Of a DNA stretch of 64,000 nt, positions 9,789 through 19,618 are shown in pieces. Source of the DNA: an uncultured bacterium (GTDB taxonomy: Bacteria > Oederibacteriota > JAAXVQ01 > JAUVAV01); contig CAVQBK010000003.1 in the NCBI GenBank assembly GCA_963710755.1, positions 384,001 through 448,000 of the forward strand, given 5' to 3'. The notes below the pieces were generated by a model that ran no database searches, was not told where the DNA came from, and saw nothing but the letters and a program-made list of their open reading frames with translations. The position numbers and the translations under genes were made by a program. Within the stretch, counting starts at the first letter, position 1, and each line of letters opens with the position of its first letter.

Positions 9789-10214
9789 TCAAACCTGGCC
9801 TGGCCGGCGTTCCCACTTGATCCAGGTGATGATGGTACCCTGGCCGGCCCCGGTTTTAATATCAAATTCATCGGCTAACTTTTTGCTGCCACTGAGGCCG
9901 ATGCCCATACCCTTGGTGTATTCTGAAACAGATTTTGGGCGCATAGCTGCCTCCAGATCGGGAATGCCCGGCCCGGTATCTTGAAAAATGATTTTAATGC
10001 CTCTTTTGCCGTCTCTTATGATTACCATCATATCCACTTCACCTTGGCCGGCATAATCACAGATATTGCGGCTAAGTTCGGAGACCGCGGTAATTACCTG
10101 CATGCGCTCCAGGTTGCTAAACCCAAGATGGGTGTCCATCAGCTGGCGAACAGCCACACGTACGGAAACGACCCGGTTGGCGTCGGTGATAGCGATGGTT
10201 TCTCTGTCAGTCAT
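9789..10214 (-). CDS. rsbT: stressosome Ser/Thr kinase RsbT
   Basis: TAVSELSRNICDYAGQG, DTGPGIPD, GMGIGLSGSKKLADEFDI...GQGT..KW. Confidence 0.93.
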   Translation of the reverse strand: MTDRETIAITDANRVVSVRVAVRQLMDTHLGFSNLERMQVITAVSELSRNICDYAGQGEVDMMVIIRDGKRGIKIIFQDTGPGIPDLEAAMRPKSVSEYTKGMGIGLSGSKKLADEFDIKTGAGQGTIITWIKWERRPGQV

Positions 10215-10563
10215 GGTTGGCGATGATCGTCATGGCTTCCTCCACGTTTAAAGCCGTCTTGACGCCCCTCCAGGTAAGCCCCATCTGGGTCAGGGTAATG
10301 GCCACATCGGGGGTAATGCCCACCACTACCGTATCGCAATCCAGGCAGCGGGCCGCGCGGCCCACATTGATCAGGATACGGGCCAAATAGGAATCAATAA
10401 ATTCCACCGTAGAGACATCCAGAATAAGCCCTCTCAGGTTATGGTCCTCAATTTTTTTCAGGATATTGATTTGGAGCTCTTCGGCCATCTCATCGAGCAA
10501 TTCCACCTCAATGGGAACCAATAACACCGACCCTATTTTCAGCAAGGGTACAGGAAGTTTCAT
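10207..10563 (-). CDS. rsbS: stressosome STAS protein RsbS
   Basis: VPLLKIG, ILDVSTVEFIDSY (phospho-Ser), VVVGITPDVAITLTQMGL, TALNVEEA. Confidence 0.93.
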   Translation of the reverse strand: MKLPVPLLKIGSVLLVPIEVELLDEMAEELQINILKKIEDHNLRGLILDVSTVEFIDSYLARILINVGRAARCLDCDTVVVGITPDVAITLTQMGLTWRGVKTALNVEEAMTIIANHD

Positions 10564-11300
10564 TTTTTAGCCTCGATCAAGCGGATGGCGTGTTGCAAGC
10601 CTTCGCGCAGGCTGTGGCGGGTGATGAACTGTTCGATCTCAATGCCGATTTTAACCAGGATGGACGCCACTTCGGCTGAGATGCCGGTGATGATGGCGTC
10701 GCTGCCTAAAATTTTGACAGCCTTGACGGTTTTAATGAGATGCTGGGCTACCATGGAATCGATGACGGGCACGCCGGTAATGTCAACAATGGCGATCTTG
10801 GCGCCATAATTGGTGATGGCATTCAAGATCTTTTCCATTGCTTCCTGGGCCCGGTTGCTGGTCAAGGTGCCGATGAGGGGCATGACCACCACGCCCTCCC
10901 AGGCATAGAGCACGGGTGTGGAAAGTTCTTTCATCAATTCTTCCAGTTTACTGCGCTCCTCCATTTTTTCCACGGCCATGTTGATGCCCTGGCCCAGCGC
11001 ATTGAGAGCTTCGCTGGAATAATCGGTGGAAGCCTGGATGTGAAAATTACCCACGGCCACTTGGTTAAGCACGTTTAGAAATTGGGCAATGGCCAGAGAA
11101 AGGTCCATGGATTGATTGATGGATTCCTGGTTAATGAGCGCGATCTGATTAATGAGTTTACCCAGTTGCGCCATGATCGCGATGGAAGAATCCTCCTGGG
11201 TGCGCGCCTCCGGGTCGCCGCTTTCGATTTTTTTCATGACCTCCACATGGGCTTGCAGTTCTGTGAGCACACGGGGATCAATGGGATTGTCCTTGGCCAT
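10560..11300 (-). CDS. rsbR: stressosome scaffold RsbR with HAMP-like N-terminus
   Basis: ELSTPV...PLIGTL, DITGVPVIDSMVAQHL (STAS domain); N-terminus has two HAMP-like helical segments and no TM or globin. Confidence 0.9.
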   Translation of the reverse strand: MAKDNPIDPRVLTELQAHVEVMKKIESGDPEARTQEDSSIAIMAQLGKLINQIALINQESINQSMDLSLAIAQFLNVLNQVAVGNFHIQASTDYSSEALNALGQGINMAVEKMEERSKLEELMKELSTPVLYAWEGVVVMPLIGTLTSNRAQEAMEKILNAITNYGAKIAIVDITGVPVIDSMVAQHLIKTVKAVKILGSDAIITGISAEVASILVKIGIEIEQFITRHSLREGLQHAIRLIEAKK

Positions 11301-11366
11301 AAGATTATCACCTTTCTAAAGTTAATGGCTGTTGCCGGTCTTTATTACTTCACGTCTTTCTTCCTG

Positions 11367-11591
11367 CTAGACCCGAATCTGGCAGTGGTAGACACCCTGT
11401 TCATCCTGCTGCAAGAGTACCAGGGTCTTGCCAACCTTGTCGCACCAGTTGCGGATGTCATTTTCAAAGGTGGGGCAAGTGGCTTCCACCTCGATGATGT
11501 CACCGCTGCTCAGGGATACCGACTTGGCTGTGATTTTGAGAATGGGTTGGGGACAGCGCAGATTTTTAAGATCCATTTTAATGGTAGCCAT
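11367..11591 (-). CDS. tusA: TusA-family sulfur carrier
   Basis: DLKNLRCPQP (CPxP), GDIIEVEATCPTFENDIRNWC; 74 aa with four Cys. Confidence 0.85.
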   Translation of the reverse strand: MATIKMDLKNLRCPQPILKITAKSVSLSSGDIIEVEATCPTFENDIRNWCDKVGKTLVLLQQDEQGVYHCQIRV

Positions 11592-11643
11592 AATTGCCTC
11601 CTGGGCATGTTAATAAGGCGCCTTCGGGGTGCCCAAACTTAAG

Positions 11644-12657
11644 CTACAACAGTTTAGCCAAAAGCAAAGTCCGGTCGTCATGGGCCCGGCCGAATTGATC
11701 CATTAAACGATTCACCAAGTGTACGGGATGTTCTTGGCGCGATGTCTTCGGGATGGAGAGCTTGCCCGAGAGCCCGTCGGAAAACATGGCGATCAGTGCA
11801 CCCGGGACCAAAGGAAACTGCTGAACCTGCAAGGTGCGCCACAGATCACCTACGATGCCTTCCTGCGGCAAAGGATAAAGGCTCTTGTCTTCGTGAGGAA
11901 GAAAAATTTTAACCATCACATCGCCCAGACCGCAGAACAGTACCGCCTTGGCGTCATAGTCGATTTTTACCAACGAAACGGCAGCCCCGCGCAGTCTGCG
12001 GTCCTTCAGTGCTTTGTGCGCCTCGTAAAGCATGGCTTCCAATCCCAGACTGTGATGCTGGGCCAAAACACCTTGAACGGCTACAGTGCTTTGGTGGGCA
12101 TCTTCGCCATGACCGAGGGCGTCGATAACACAAAAAAGGTCAGCATGATTGCGATGAATCAGATAGCCATCACCATTGCAATGATCACGCAGCATCAGCG
12201 GATAACTGAGTACGGCGATTTCAGAACGAACGGGAAAAGGCTGGGTATATTTCACTGTCCGGATGCGCAGCACTTTGCCGTTCTGCTCATAGCTGACTGC
12301 ATCGGACAAGCGGTTAATAACCCCCAGGCCCAGGCCGGCCGTGTTTTTGGTGGATACCCCGTCTTTAAAAGACTGGGGTGACAGCGTGCCTTCGTTTTCT
12401 GATAAGAGTTCCACATAAGGGGGGCTGCCGGGGTGGTAGGTCAGGGTGATCTTACCGTGACCATGATGTTTTAAAATGTTTTCCACCAGCTCGCCGGCCA
12501 CCATTTCCATCTCACGAATGTTTTTGTCGGCCAGGCCATATTTTTTTTCCAGGGTTTTTAATTGCTTTTCAACAGTCAAAACATCACTGTTGACGTTAAC
12601 AGTGATGACTTGACCAGTGCCGTTATCAGGGACCAATTCAGGTACAGGATCAGACAT
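11644..12657 (-). CDS. RsbT-like HATPase + SpoIIE/RsbX-like PP2C phosphatase fusion
   Basis: ELVENILKH and GLGLGVINRLSD; NGDGY, IDALGHG, FSDGL, DDRTL; start chosen from the GAGG RBS. Confidence 0.85.
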   Translation of the reverse strand: MSDPVPELVPDNGTGQVITVNVNSDVLTVEKQLKTLEKKYGLADKNIREMEMVAGELVENILKHHGHGKITLTYHPGSPPYVELLSENEGTLSPQSFKDGVSTKNTAGLGLGVINRLSDAVSYEQNGKVLRIRTVKYTQPFPVRSEIAVLSYPLMLRDHCNGDGYLIHRNHADLFCVIDALGHGEDAHQSTVAVQGVLAQHHSLGLEAMLYEAHKALKDRRLRGAAVSLVKIDYDAKAVLFCGLGDVMVKIFLPHEDKSLYPLPQEGIVGDLWRTLQVQQFPLVPGALIAMFSDGLSGKLSIPKTSRQEHPVHLVNRLMDQFGRAHDDRTLLLAKLL

Positions 12658-12825
12658 ACGAACCTCGATGACTATAATAATCAAACATTATATTGCTGTC
12701 ATTTAATATTATCGGCAGGAGCAGCAGGGTGCTTAAGTGAAAACGTAATTTTGATAAAAACAGGTGAGTGTTGACGGGTATAAAGATCTTCTAGTCAAGA
12801 AGTTAAAGCAGTAAGGGAATGTAGA

Positions 12826-12857
12826 AAGCCAAGCGCCTGCTTTCAGGCGCTTGGCTT
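12826..12857 (-). terminator. intrinsic terminator hairpin
   Basis: AAGCCAAGCGCCTG-CTTT-CAGGCGCTTGGCTT, a perfect 14-bp stem just downstream of 12877..14133. Confidence 0.7.
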
Positions 12858-12876
12858 AGAGGCCATAATAACTTTT

Positions 12877-14133
12877 TTAACGGGATTTTTTAAAGGACCT
12901 TAGGAACTGCTTGACTTCCTGATCCACTTCGCGGGTATAGGGCAAATAGACCGAGGTTTGAATGCAAATCATCTGATGATTGACAATGGTCCAATTGATC
13001 CATTTTTGGCCGAAAGCCTTTTTTCTGGCTTCGTCCATATAATTATTCAATTTAAGGGTACCCCACAGTTGGTTTCCAACTTTGGTATAGGTCACGGATT
13101 CCATGGCTGTGGTTAAGGTTAAGGATCTTTGGCTGAAATCGTAAAAAAGATGGAGAAATTTTAAAAGAGGAGAAAAATTTTCCGGATATAAAGTGTCGAA
13201 AGCTTGACGCACATTTATATCATCTTTCGGATTTGTGTCTTGGAAAACATGGCGCTGAATAATTGAGATCATGCCTTTTTCAGCAGGCTCATTCTTGGCG
13301 GCACCATCGTTCTTAATGATAATCACAGCCTTCAACCCGGGAACCCAAGCGCTTGTAAAGCCTACATAGTTTGCTGGAATGGTTTTTTGGTCAACCACTT
13401 TTTCAGGGGTGATCTCCTGGGCTATTTGCATTTCTATTGTTTTGGGGGGATCAATATTAAGTTGCCAGTCACCGGGAATAGATTGGAAAGAGCCTTCGGC
13501 AACAGACAGTACGGAAATATTTTTTCGACCGATTTGTGCTTCCCAATGATTGGACAATATTTCTTGAAAAAGGACAAAGGCCAAGGTGCCTATCAATAGC
13601 ACCCAAAAGACCGGTTTGAAAGAGCGCCAGGGTGCTTTGGGCCAGAGTTTTTCTCCCTTGACTGAGCGCAGATAAAAATCATAGTTACCAAACAGTCCGG
13701 CATAAGTAAATATGAGTATCCAACTTATACCGTAATCAAATGTCCAATAAAAAATATATTCCAGCCAATAAACAGCTAAAGCTAGCAAGATCATTTTTGC
13801 ATACAAGCCTGCAAAAAAATACCACACTATATGAAATATAGCCGCAAACCAGTTCCAAGTTATTTCAAAGCCTTGGTTAAATCTGGAGAATAGCTTTTGA
13901 AAACGAGGAGGGAGGTTGTCCATGCTGGCCAGAGTATGGAGTTGATGAAACTCCTGAATAAGCGCAAGCGCCTTGGCTTCTTCAATTTTTTCAATAATAA
14001 ACATTTTATTTTGCTCGATGTGGTCCTGGATCCGGTCGGTCTCCCAACCACTTGCTTGATGAAGCTTTTCCAAAACCTCGTTCCAATTGGATTGCTGCGG
14101 ATGGGCATAAACATAACAGTGACGCAGGGCCAT
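12877..14133 (-). CDS. DUF2628-like membrane protein with extracytoplasmic C-terminal domain
   Basis: TWNWFAAIFHIVWYFFAGLY...GLFGNYDFY motif; several TM helices. Confidence 0.65.
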   Translation of the reverse strand: MALRHCYVYAHPQQSNWNEVLEKLHQASGWETDRIQDHIEQNKMFIIEKIEEAKALALIQEFHQLHTLASMDNLPPRFQKLFSRFNQGFEITWNWFAAIFHIVWYFFAGLYAKMILLALAVYWLEYIFYWTFDYGISWILIFTYAGLFGNYDFYLRSVKGEKLWPKAPWRSFKPVFWVLLIGTLAFVLFQEILSNHWEAQIGRKNISVLSVAEGSFQSIPGDWQLNIDPPKTIEMQIAQEITPEKVVDQKTIPANYVGFTSAWVPGLKAVIIIKNDGAAKNEPAEKGMISIIQRHVFQDTNPKDDINVRQAFDTLYPENFSPLLKFLHLFYDFSQRSLTLTTAMESVTYTKVGNQLWGTLKLNNYMDEARKKAFGQKWINWTIVNHQMICIQTSVYLPYTREVDQEVKQFLRSFKKSR

Positions 14134-14266
14134 ATGCTGTTTTCCTTTCCTGAAGAGGATACCCTTAAAGTGCGGGTCAGAAATGACAGGGTCATTATAA
14201 TGACCTGATTTGCGTGCGTCAACCAGTGTCGAGGAGGATGCCGGTTGGCGGATGGTTCCTTAGGGA

Positions 14267-14782
14267 TCAGTCCCAGCGTTCATAGCGAACCAGCTGGTCC
14301 AGTGATTGCCGCGATTTGGGTCTGACCGCATCCGCTGGATAACCGAGGGGTGTGAAGGCTATGGGTTCCACCTCAGTCGGAAGATGGAAAAGGTCACGGC
14401 TTGCCTGGGGATTAAACGCTGCGATCCAGCAGGTGCCCAAACCGGCTGCCGTCGCAGCCAGGATGAGATGGTCCATCACAATGGCAGCATCCACGTCGGC
14501 GTAGTTTTTTTGGTCAAAGGATCTCACCCAGGCCTGGCTTGGCAAGGCGCATACGCCGATGAGCAAAGGGGCCTGAGTAAACCAGGGTCGGGGATAAAGC
14601 TTTAATAATTCTTCCTGCTTGCCGGAGGTATGAACCACCAACAATCGAAAGGGCTGCCGATTGGCAGCGGTTGGCGCCAGCCGCGCCGCCTCAAGCACTT
14701 GCTGTAAAAGTTCATCAGGCACTGGAGTGGGTTGATAGGCCCGCACGCTATAGCGGGTCCGTAGGAGATTTGAAAAATCCAT
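14267..14782 (-). CDS. nitroreductase family protein
   Basis: RYSVRAY, LAPTAANRQP, GLGTCWIAAF, PLGYP; GGAGG RBS. Confidence 0.92.
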   Translation of the reverse strand: MDFSNLLRTRYSVRAYQPTPVPDELLQQVLEAARLAPTAANRQPFRLLVVHTSGKQEELLKLYPRPWFTQAPLLIGVCALPSQAWVRSFDQKNYADVDAAIVMDHLILAATAAGLGTCWIAAFNPQASRDLFHLPTEVEPIAFTPLGYPADAVRPKSRQSLDQLVRYERWD

Positions 14783-14844
14783 GACAAGACCTCCGTTCAT
14801 TATGTTTGACAAATTTTATGGCTTTTAGGCGAGCGTGGAAAGCT

Positions 14845-16407
14845 TTATTTGATCAGGGCAACTTTGCAGTGGCCTATTTCCTGGCCGTTCCGGGTAAGGC
14901 GAGCCAGGTAAAGTCCGGCAGCCACGTCTTTGCAGGTCCAGGTGACCGTGGTTTGGGCTGACGCAGCCACAGGCACCATGATGGTGCTTATCCTTTCGCC
15001 GGCCAAATTGTAAATAGATAAAATAGCGGCACTGTCGGGATTGCGCGGCAGCTGGAAAAAGACCTGGTCTTTGGCAGGATTGGGATAGGCTAACAACGCC
15101 TGGTTTATATCCGGACTTAAAACAGGTGGTAAAGTGGGGGTGCTGGTGCAGCTCGAGGTTGCGGTAGTTGTGACCAGGGGAGTAGCGGTAAGCACGGGAG
15201 ACGTCGTCGCGGTGGGTGTAGGGGTGGCGGTTGGGCTGATGGTAGCAGTGGGGGAAGCCGTGGCAGAAATACTGGGCGTGAAGGTGGCCGTAGGCAGGGC
15301 GCTCTGCGGAGCGATTGTCAGCGTACCGTCGCCGAGGAGCACCATGCCATAAAACCAGGAAATATAGGTGTCATTTGTCGAACTAATAAGCACATGCTGC
15401 CACCAAGCCTTGAAAGCCTCTCCGAAACACTGATGTTGGCCCAGAGCCTCCATATAATAATAGGTACTCAGCATGCCGCCGGTTTTGGTGCTGCCGTCGG
15501 CCACCAAGCCGCCATCAGCGGTGGTAATATAGCAGCTGCCCATATTGTTGGTGTAAGTGTAATCGCAATTAGAACAGGCGAAAAGATTGTAAAACCAGAC
15601 CTTGGGATTGTCGCCGGGAATGGAGCTGTTGTGGTAAGAGCCGTTTTCAAATTGATGCAGGCTGGCCGAAGAATGAGCGCAGAGGTACATGAATTCATAA
15701 CCAGCGGCCAGCTTGGCGCGGTACGTGGTGGTGGTAAAATCCGGATTGCCGATGGCCTCGTAATCACTGTAAGCCAGTCCCAAGGTATTGGCCCAGCTGA
15801 GAGACCAGCCATTGTCGTGGGGAGGGTTGGTATAAATCATGGCGCAAGCGCGCTGAGGCAACGTCTTATTCTGGGTGCGGTAAGCATGGTTCTTGGCAAA
15901 ATAATTTTTGACCAAATCTTCCATGGTACCCATAGCCGGCAAGTTGGACGCCACCAGGCGGGATACCCAGATTTGAGGGCGGCTATCGCCGGACACCGTG
16001 TCAAACTTACCATCACTGTTGCTGTCAGTCCAGGTGCTGTTGAGGTTCATATAATAAAGATCACAGGCAAAGGTGGAGGCGGCTCCGTAAAAATCATTGG
16101 CGTGATAATACAAAGCAATAGGTAGGTCACCCACCAAGACCGCGCCTACCAGACCGTGAGGTTGCTGGCTGATAAGATAGTCTTTTAATTGCGCCGGCGT
16201 GGAACCGGCCAGAGTCCAGGCGGTAATGGTCACGCCGTAGCCTTCATTGATCAAATCCTGTTGATACTGATTCAGTTCATTCTGGATCAAAGGTGCCAGG
16301 GTATCATTGACCACCACGGCCACCAGGGGTTGGCTGGCATGGACTGGGAGGCGCCCGAGCAGCAGGGCTGCCGACGACAGCACCAGCCAGATCAGAGCTT
16401 TTCTCAT
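14845..16407 (-). CDS. C25-like cysteine peptidase with Pro/Thr linker and T9SS-like CTD
   Basis: Signal peptide from MRKALIW; GAVLVGDLP, CDLYY, IWVSRL, CAHSS, FACSNC, GSTKTGGM, LLGDGTL; TPT-rich linker; AYPNPAKD...IYNLAGERI...AGLYL...KVALIK. Confidence 0.78.
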   Translation of the reverse strand: MRKALIWLVLSSAALLLGRLPVHASQPLVAVVVNDTLAPLIQNELNQYQQDLINEGYGVTITAWTLAGSTPAQLKDYLISQQPHGLVGAVLVGDLPIALYYHANDFYGAASTFACDLYYMNLNSTWTDSNSDGKFDTVSGDSRPQIWVSRLVASNLPAMGTMEDLVKNYFAKNHAYRTQNKTLPQRACAMIYTNPPHDNGWSLSWANTLGLAYSDYEAIGNPDFTTTTYRAKLAAGYEFMYLCAHSSASLHQFENGSYHNSSIPGDNPKVWFYNLFACSNCDYTYTNNMGSCYITTADGGLVADGSTKTGGMLSTYYYMEALGQHQCFGEAFKAWWQHVLISSTNDTYISWFYGMVLLGDGTLTIAPQSALPTATFTPSISATASPTATISPTATPTPTATTSPVLTATPLVTTTATSSCTSTPTLPPVLSPDINQALLAYPNPAKDQVFFQLPRNPDSAAILSIYNLAGERISTIMVPVAASAQTTVTWTCKDVAAGLYLARLTRNGQEIGHCKVALIK

Positions 16408-16955
16408 GGCAGGGCCTTGAGTTTCTGCAGGGCTTCCTGCACCCGCTGGACATAGGTTTCCCATTGATAGCGTATCATCGGATCCTGTGGCCGGCGGCTT
16501 TTTAAGTCCTGTAAATACGCCCGCAGTTCAGGCACAGCCTTAGGGTCACCGATTTCGCCCAGGGCAAAAACTATTTCATCTTTATAGTGGACGTCATTAT
16601 TGGTGCGAAATTCCTGAAGCAAGAAAGGCACGGCAGCCGGTGATTTCAGGGCAGCCAGAGTTTGCAAAATGGAGATTTGAATAGAAAGGCTGTACCCGTC
16701 GCTGCGTTTGTTATTTTCACGATAAGCTTTGATCAAGGCCATGACTTGGGACTTGTCTTTTTTATCCTGCACTTGGTGAATTTTTCGAAGGGCTACCCTG
16801 GGATCAGCCAGCGTATAGGACGAAGCGTGGACGGATAAACGGGGTGAGTCTTTGGGAATAGCTTTGGATTCCTTTGGCACGGCCTGAACGGAGGCAGCCA
16901 TTAATCCAGCCAGCAGACTTAGGATAAGTCGTCGGTATATCAGGGCCATGAACAA
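16404..16955 (-). CDS. secreted HEAT-repeat protein
   Basis: Signal peptide; LAALKSPAAVPFLL and ALGEIGDPKAVPEL HEAT repeats; ATGA overlap with the downstream peptidase. Confidence 0.75.
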   Translation of the reverse strand: MFMALIYRRLILSLLAGLMAASVQAVPKESKAIPKDSPRLSVHASSYTLADPRVALRKIHQVQDKKDKSQVMALIKAYRENNKRSDGYSLSIQISILQTLAALKSPAAVPFLLQEFRTNNDVHYKDEIVFALGEIGDPKAVPELRAYLQDLKSRRPQDPMIRYQWETYVQRVQEALQKLKALP

Positions 16956-17215
16956 CCTCGCTGGGAAGTAATAATCAGCTTTAGTGTAAGTTTACTTACT
17001 CTAACCGGGCAGGTCAAATTTATTTTCAAACTTCCTAATATTATAAAAACTTAACCTTTGTATGAGAAAGACGATACTTGCCATGTGCAGGCAAAAGTAT
17101 TATCGTTTAAATATATATCGATACGATCCGGCGGACTAAGCGTTGCGGTTCTGCTCGAATCAAATGCCTTGCGGCTTGCAGCACGAAATTGGATATGAAA
17201 AAAGGGAGGATCATT

Positions 17216-17515
17216 ATGACGATGAACTTAACGCTTATCATTGACATTGCCGCGATTGTGGCCATTTTGGTGGCGCTTTTCCGGGCGCTCAAACTGCGCC
17301 ATGCCATCCCCGGTGGCATCGTTAAATCCACTTGGAACATCTTGACTGCCTTGATCGCGCTTTTTGTTCTGGGCTATTTGCTGATACCTTTTTATTCCAT
17401 ACTGGATACAGCCACCAAAGACATTGTGGCCAGTCTCATATTCTTTTTTGGCGCCCTTTTTGTCATCATCGTGATTCATCTGTTCCAGAGAATCATGAAA
17501 GATTTAGGACTATAA
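17216..17515 (+). CDS. small 3-TM membrane protein
   Basis: GGGAGG RBS; three hydrophobic helices. Confidence 0.7.
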   Translation: MTMNLTLIIDIAAIVAILVALFRALKLRHAIPGGIVKSTWNILTALIALFVLGYLLIPFYSILDTATKDIVASLIFFFGALFVIIVIHLFQRIMKDLGL

Positions 17516-17519
17516 TCAA

Positions 17520-17783
17520 ATGACCGCCATGGAGGATCGTCCCACACAAATAACCGACAAACAGAAAATTATCATTCATGAAATCAACAAGGTCCTGGGA
17601 AACGATTATGTGCAAACCTATAAGCGGATTATAGCCAAGGAATTGGAACAAACCCCACTGAATAATGAGGAACTTAAGAAAGCCTGCAATAAGGTCAAGA
17701 ATCTGGTGGCCTTGTTTATTGATAAAACTAAAGCCGAACTGATTGCCCAGAAAATCAAACCTTATTTGGATTCGCCGACCTGA
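17520..17783 (+). CDS. hypothetical helical protein
   Basis: 87-aa ORF starting 4 nt after the upstream gene; amphipathic composition. Confidence 0.6.
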   Translation: MTAMEDRPTQITDKQKIIIHEINKVLGNDYVQTYKRIIAKELEQTPLNNEELKKACNKVKNLVALFIDKTKAELIAQKIKPYLDSPT

Positions 17784-17814
17784 CCCTACGGGTTACCCTT
17801 CCATTCGACCAACC

Positions 17815-18339
17815 CTATTTCATCACTTGATAGTGGCTTTGAACCAATCCGTTTTTAAAGGCAATGGTTTTTAGATGCTGCAGGGGAAGTTCGCGATGCA
17901 GGTGGCCGAAAAGGGGAATGCCGGCGCCAAGCAGCAGCGGCACCCGGGTGATAATCAGCTCATCGATAAGGTTATAGTTGAGGAAGCGTTGAATGGTTTG
18001 GCCGCCGTCAATGTATAAATGGCGGAAGCCTCTTTGGGTTAATTTTTCCACCACCATCGGCGGCTCGTTGGCGACCACCTCAATCAAGTTTGGTTGTTCC
18101 GAAGGTGGCAAAGTCCGGGATAAGACCACAACCGGCTTGGTGTAAGGCCACGCCCCCATGCTTTTCACGAACTCATAAGTTTTTCTCCCCATGACCACGG
18201 CATCCATGTTTTCCATAAATGCGACATATCCGTAATCTTCCTGACCGGGATTAGCAAATTTGGTTAGCCAATCCAGGGAACCATCGCGGCGGGCGATAAA
18301 GCCGTCCAGGCTGGTGGCAATGTAAACATAATTGCGCAT
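17815..18339 (-). CDS. dihydrofolate reductase / RibD C-terminal family protein
   Basis: YIATSLDGFIA, VMGRKTYE, YIDGGQTI, PLLLGAGIPLF. Confidence 0.92.
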   Translation of the reverse strand: MRNYVYIATSLDGFIARRDGSLDWLTKFANPGQEDYGYVAFMENMDAVVMGRKTYEFVKSMGAWPYTKPVVVLSRTLPPSEQPNLIEVVANEPPMVVEKLTQRGFRHLYIDGGQTIQRFLNYNLIDELIITRVPLLLGAGIPLFGHLHRELPLQHLKTIAFKNGLVQSHYQVMK

Positions 18340-18569
18340 CGTCGTCCTCGTAGGAAATGGAAATCAGCCCATTGGCTGTTACTTAGCGTGAGTCAAGATT
18401 AACCCAAACAGGCATTAGACCACAAATGCGTTAGAAAGGATATTACCTGAATTATGAAAATGAAAAGATTATTTTTCCACCGAGTACACAGATTTAAAAA
18501 TATATTCTTTAGATTTTGTTGCAGGCCGCAATGGTGGGCAGATCATGTTTCCATCAGCCCGGTATGGTT

Positions 18570-18618
18570 TTGGCCGGGGTTCAGAACAACACTTTAAAAA
18601 TTGCTGGATTCCGGCCAA
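18570..18618. repeat. degenerate REP-like inverted repeat
   Basis: TTGGCCGGGGTTCAG...CTGGATTCCGGCCAA, imperfect 15-bp arms. Confidence 0.5.
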
Positions 18619-18910
18619 GTGTATGCCCGCATAACGACTACGGCCAGAGGTTAATTTCCGACAACTCTTTTTCGCAACAGGAACCAATTAATAGAAAGAC
18701 ATAAATTATTGGATAGTACTTCTGATTAATTTTAAACCTGCGGGATTTGTGACAATCATTCTTGATCCCTTGCCCTTGTATGATTGGTTCTTGTCACGAA
18801 AGAAACGCATTAAAGCAAGCGTTACACCTACACCGATAGTAACTTAGGATAAAGGCAACCGGTTCTCTTGGGCAGGGATAACCGGCTGTCGGACTATAAG
18901 AGGTGAGGTC

Positions 18911-19462
18911 ATGGCCAAGGTCAAAGGCAGTGCGGAAGACACGATGAGACGAATCCTTAAGAAGCAACCTCAGGAGATTCAGGAGAAATATCTGGCCTCA
19001 CTTGGTCCGGAGGCACGTGACGTTTTTCTGAATGCCATGGCTATCTCCTGGCGGGAACTTGATACCAATGAAGAGACCAACAGTGTGGCCATGCTGGCCA
19101 GGACGCTTTACCCCGACGATCCCCTGGCGTTGCAGAAGCTGGCTTATGAAATGGCCAAAGACAGCTTGCCGCGCTTTTATCAAATTTTTATTCGCATTCC
19201 TTCGGTGGAATTTGTGGTTAAACGAGTAGCCAAGATATGGAGTTCTTTTTATGAATGCGGTGAGGCCTCGATTGAAAATTTTAAAGATCAACACTTCACC
19301 ATGATATTAAAAGACTACCCCGACTACCCCCCCTTTTTACGGGAGTACATGTGCGGCTATCTAAAAGGCATAGGCGATTTGCTGCATTTGAAAAATGTGG
19401 CCGTGAAAAAAATAGAAACCGATCCCCAGGCCTGGAAATGGGATGTGGCATGGGAGAGGTGA
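18911..19462 (+). CDS. hypothetical protein, DUF2378/TIGR02265-like; paralog of 269..805
   Basis: MAKVKGS start, GAGG RBS, and motifs shared with 269..805. Confidence 0.7.
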   Translation: MAKVKGSAEDTMRRILKKQPQEIQEKYLASLGPEARDVFLNAMAISWRELDTNEETNSVAMLARTLYPDDPLALQKLAYEMAKDSLPRFYQIFIRIPSVEFVVKRVAKIWSSFYECGEASIENFKDQHFTMILKDYPDYPPFLREYMCGYLKGIGDLLHLKNVAVKKIETDPQAWKWDVAWER

Positions 19463-19618
19463 AAAAATGTTTTCACACGCATTTCCCGAATATTTGATGT
19501 ACAGGCATTTTCTACGAGGAAAGAGATTAAAAAAAACTTATTTAACCTTAAACTCTCAGCCTATGCCTCCGGTAATAGTCAATAGAACCGAACCTTACGC
19601 TTTTTTAAATTTCAAGAG

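Noticed and set aside
15125-15300. DNA repeat element
   Set aside because: It is low-complexity coding sequence for a Pro/Thr linker.
18850-18895. c-di-GMP riboswitch upstream of 18911
   Set aside because: A hairpin is present, but the GGCAAA..GAAA..GACGCAAA two-stem signature is absent.
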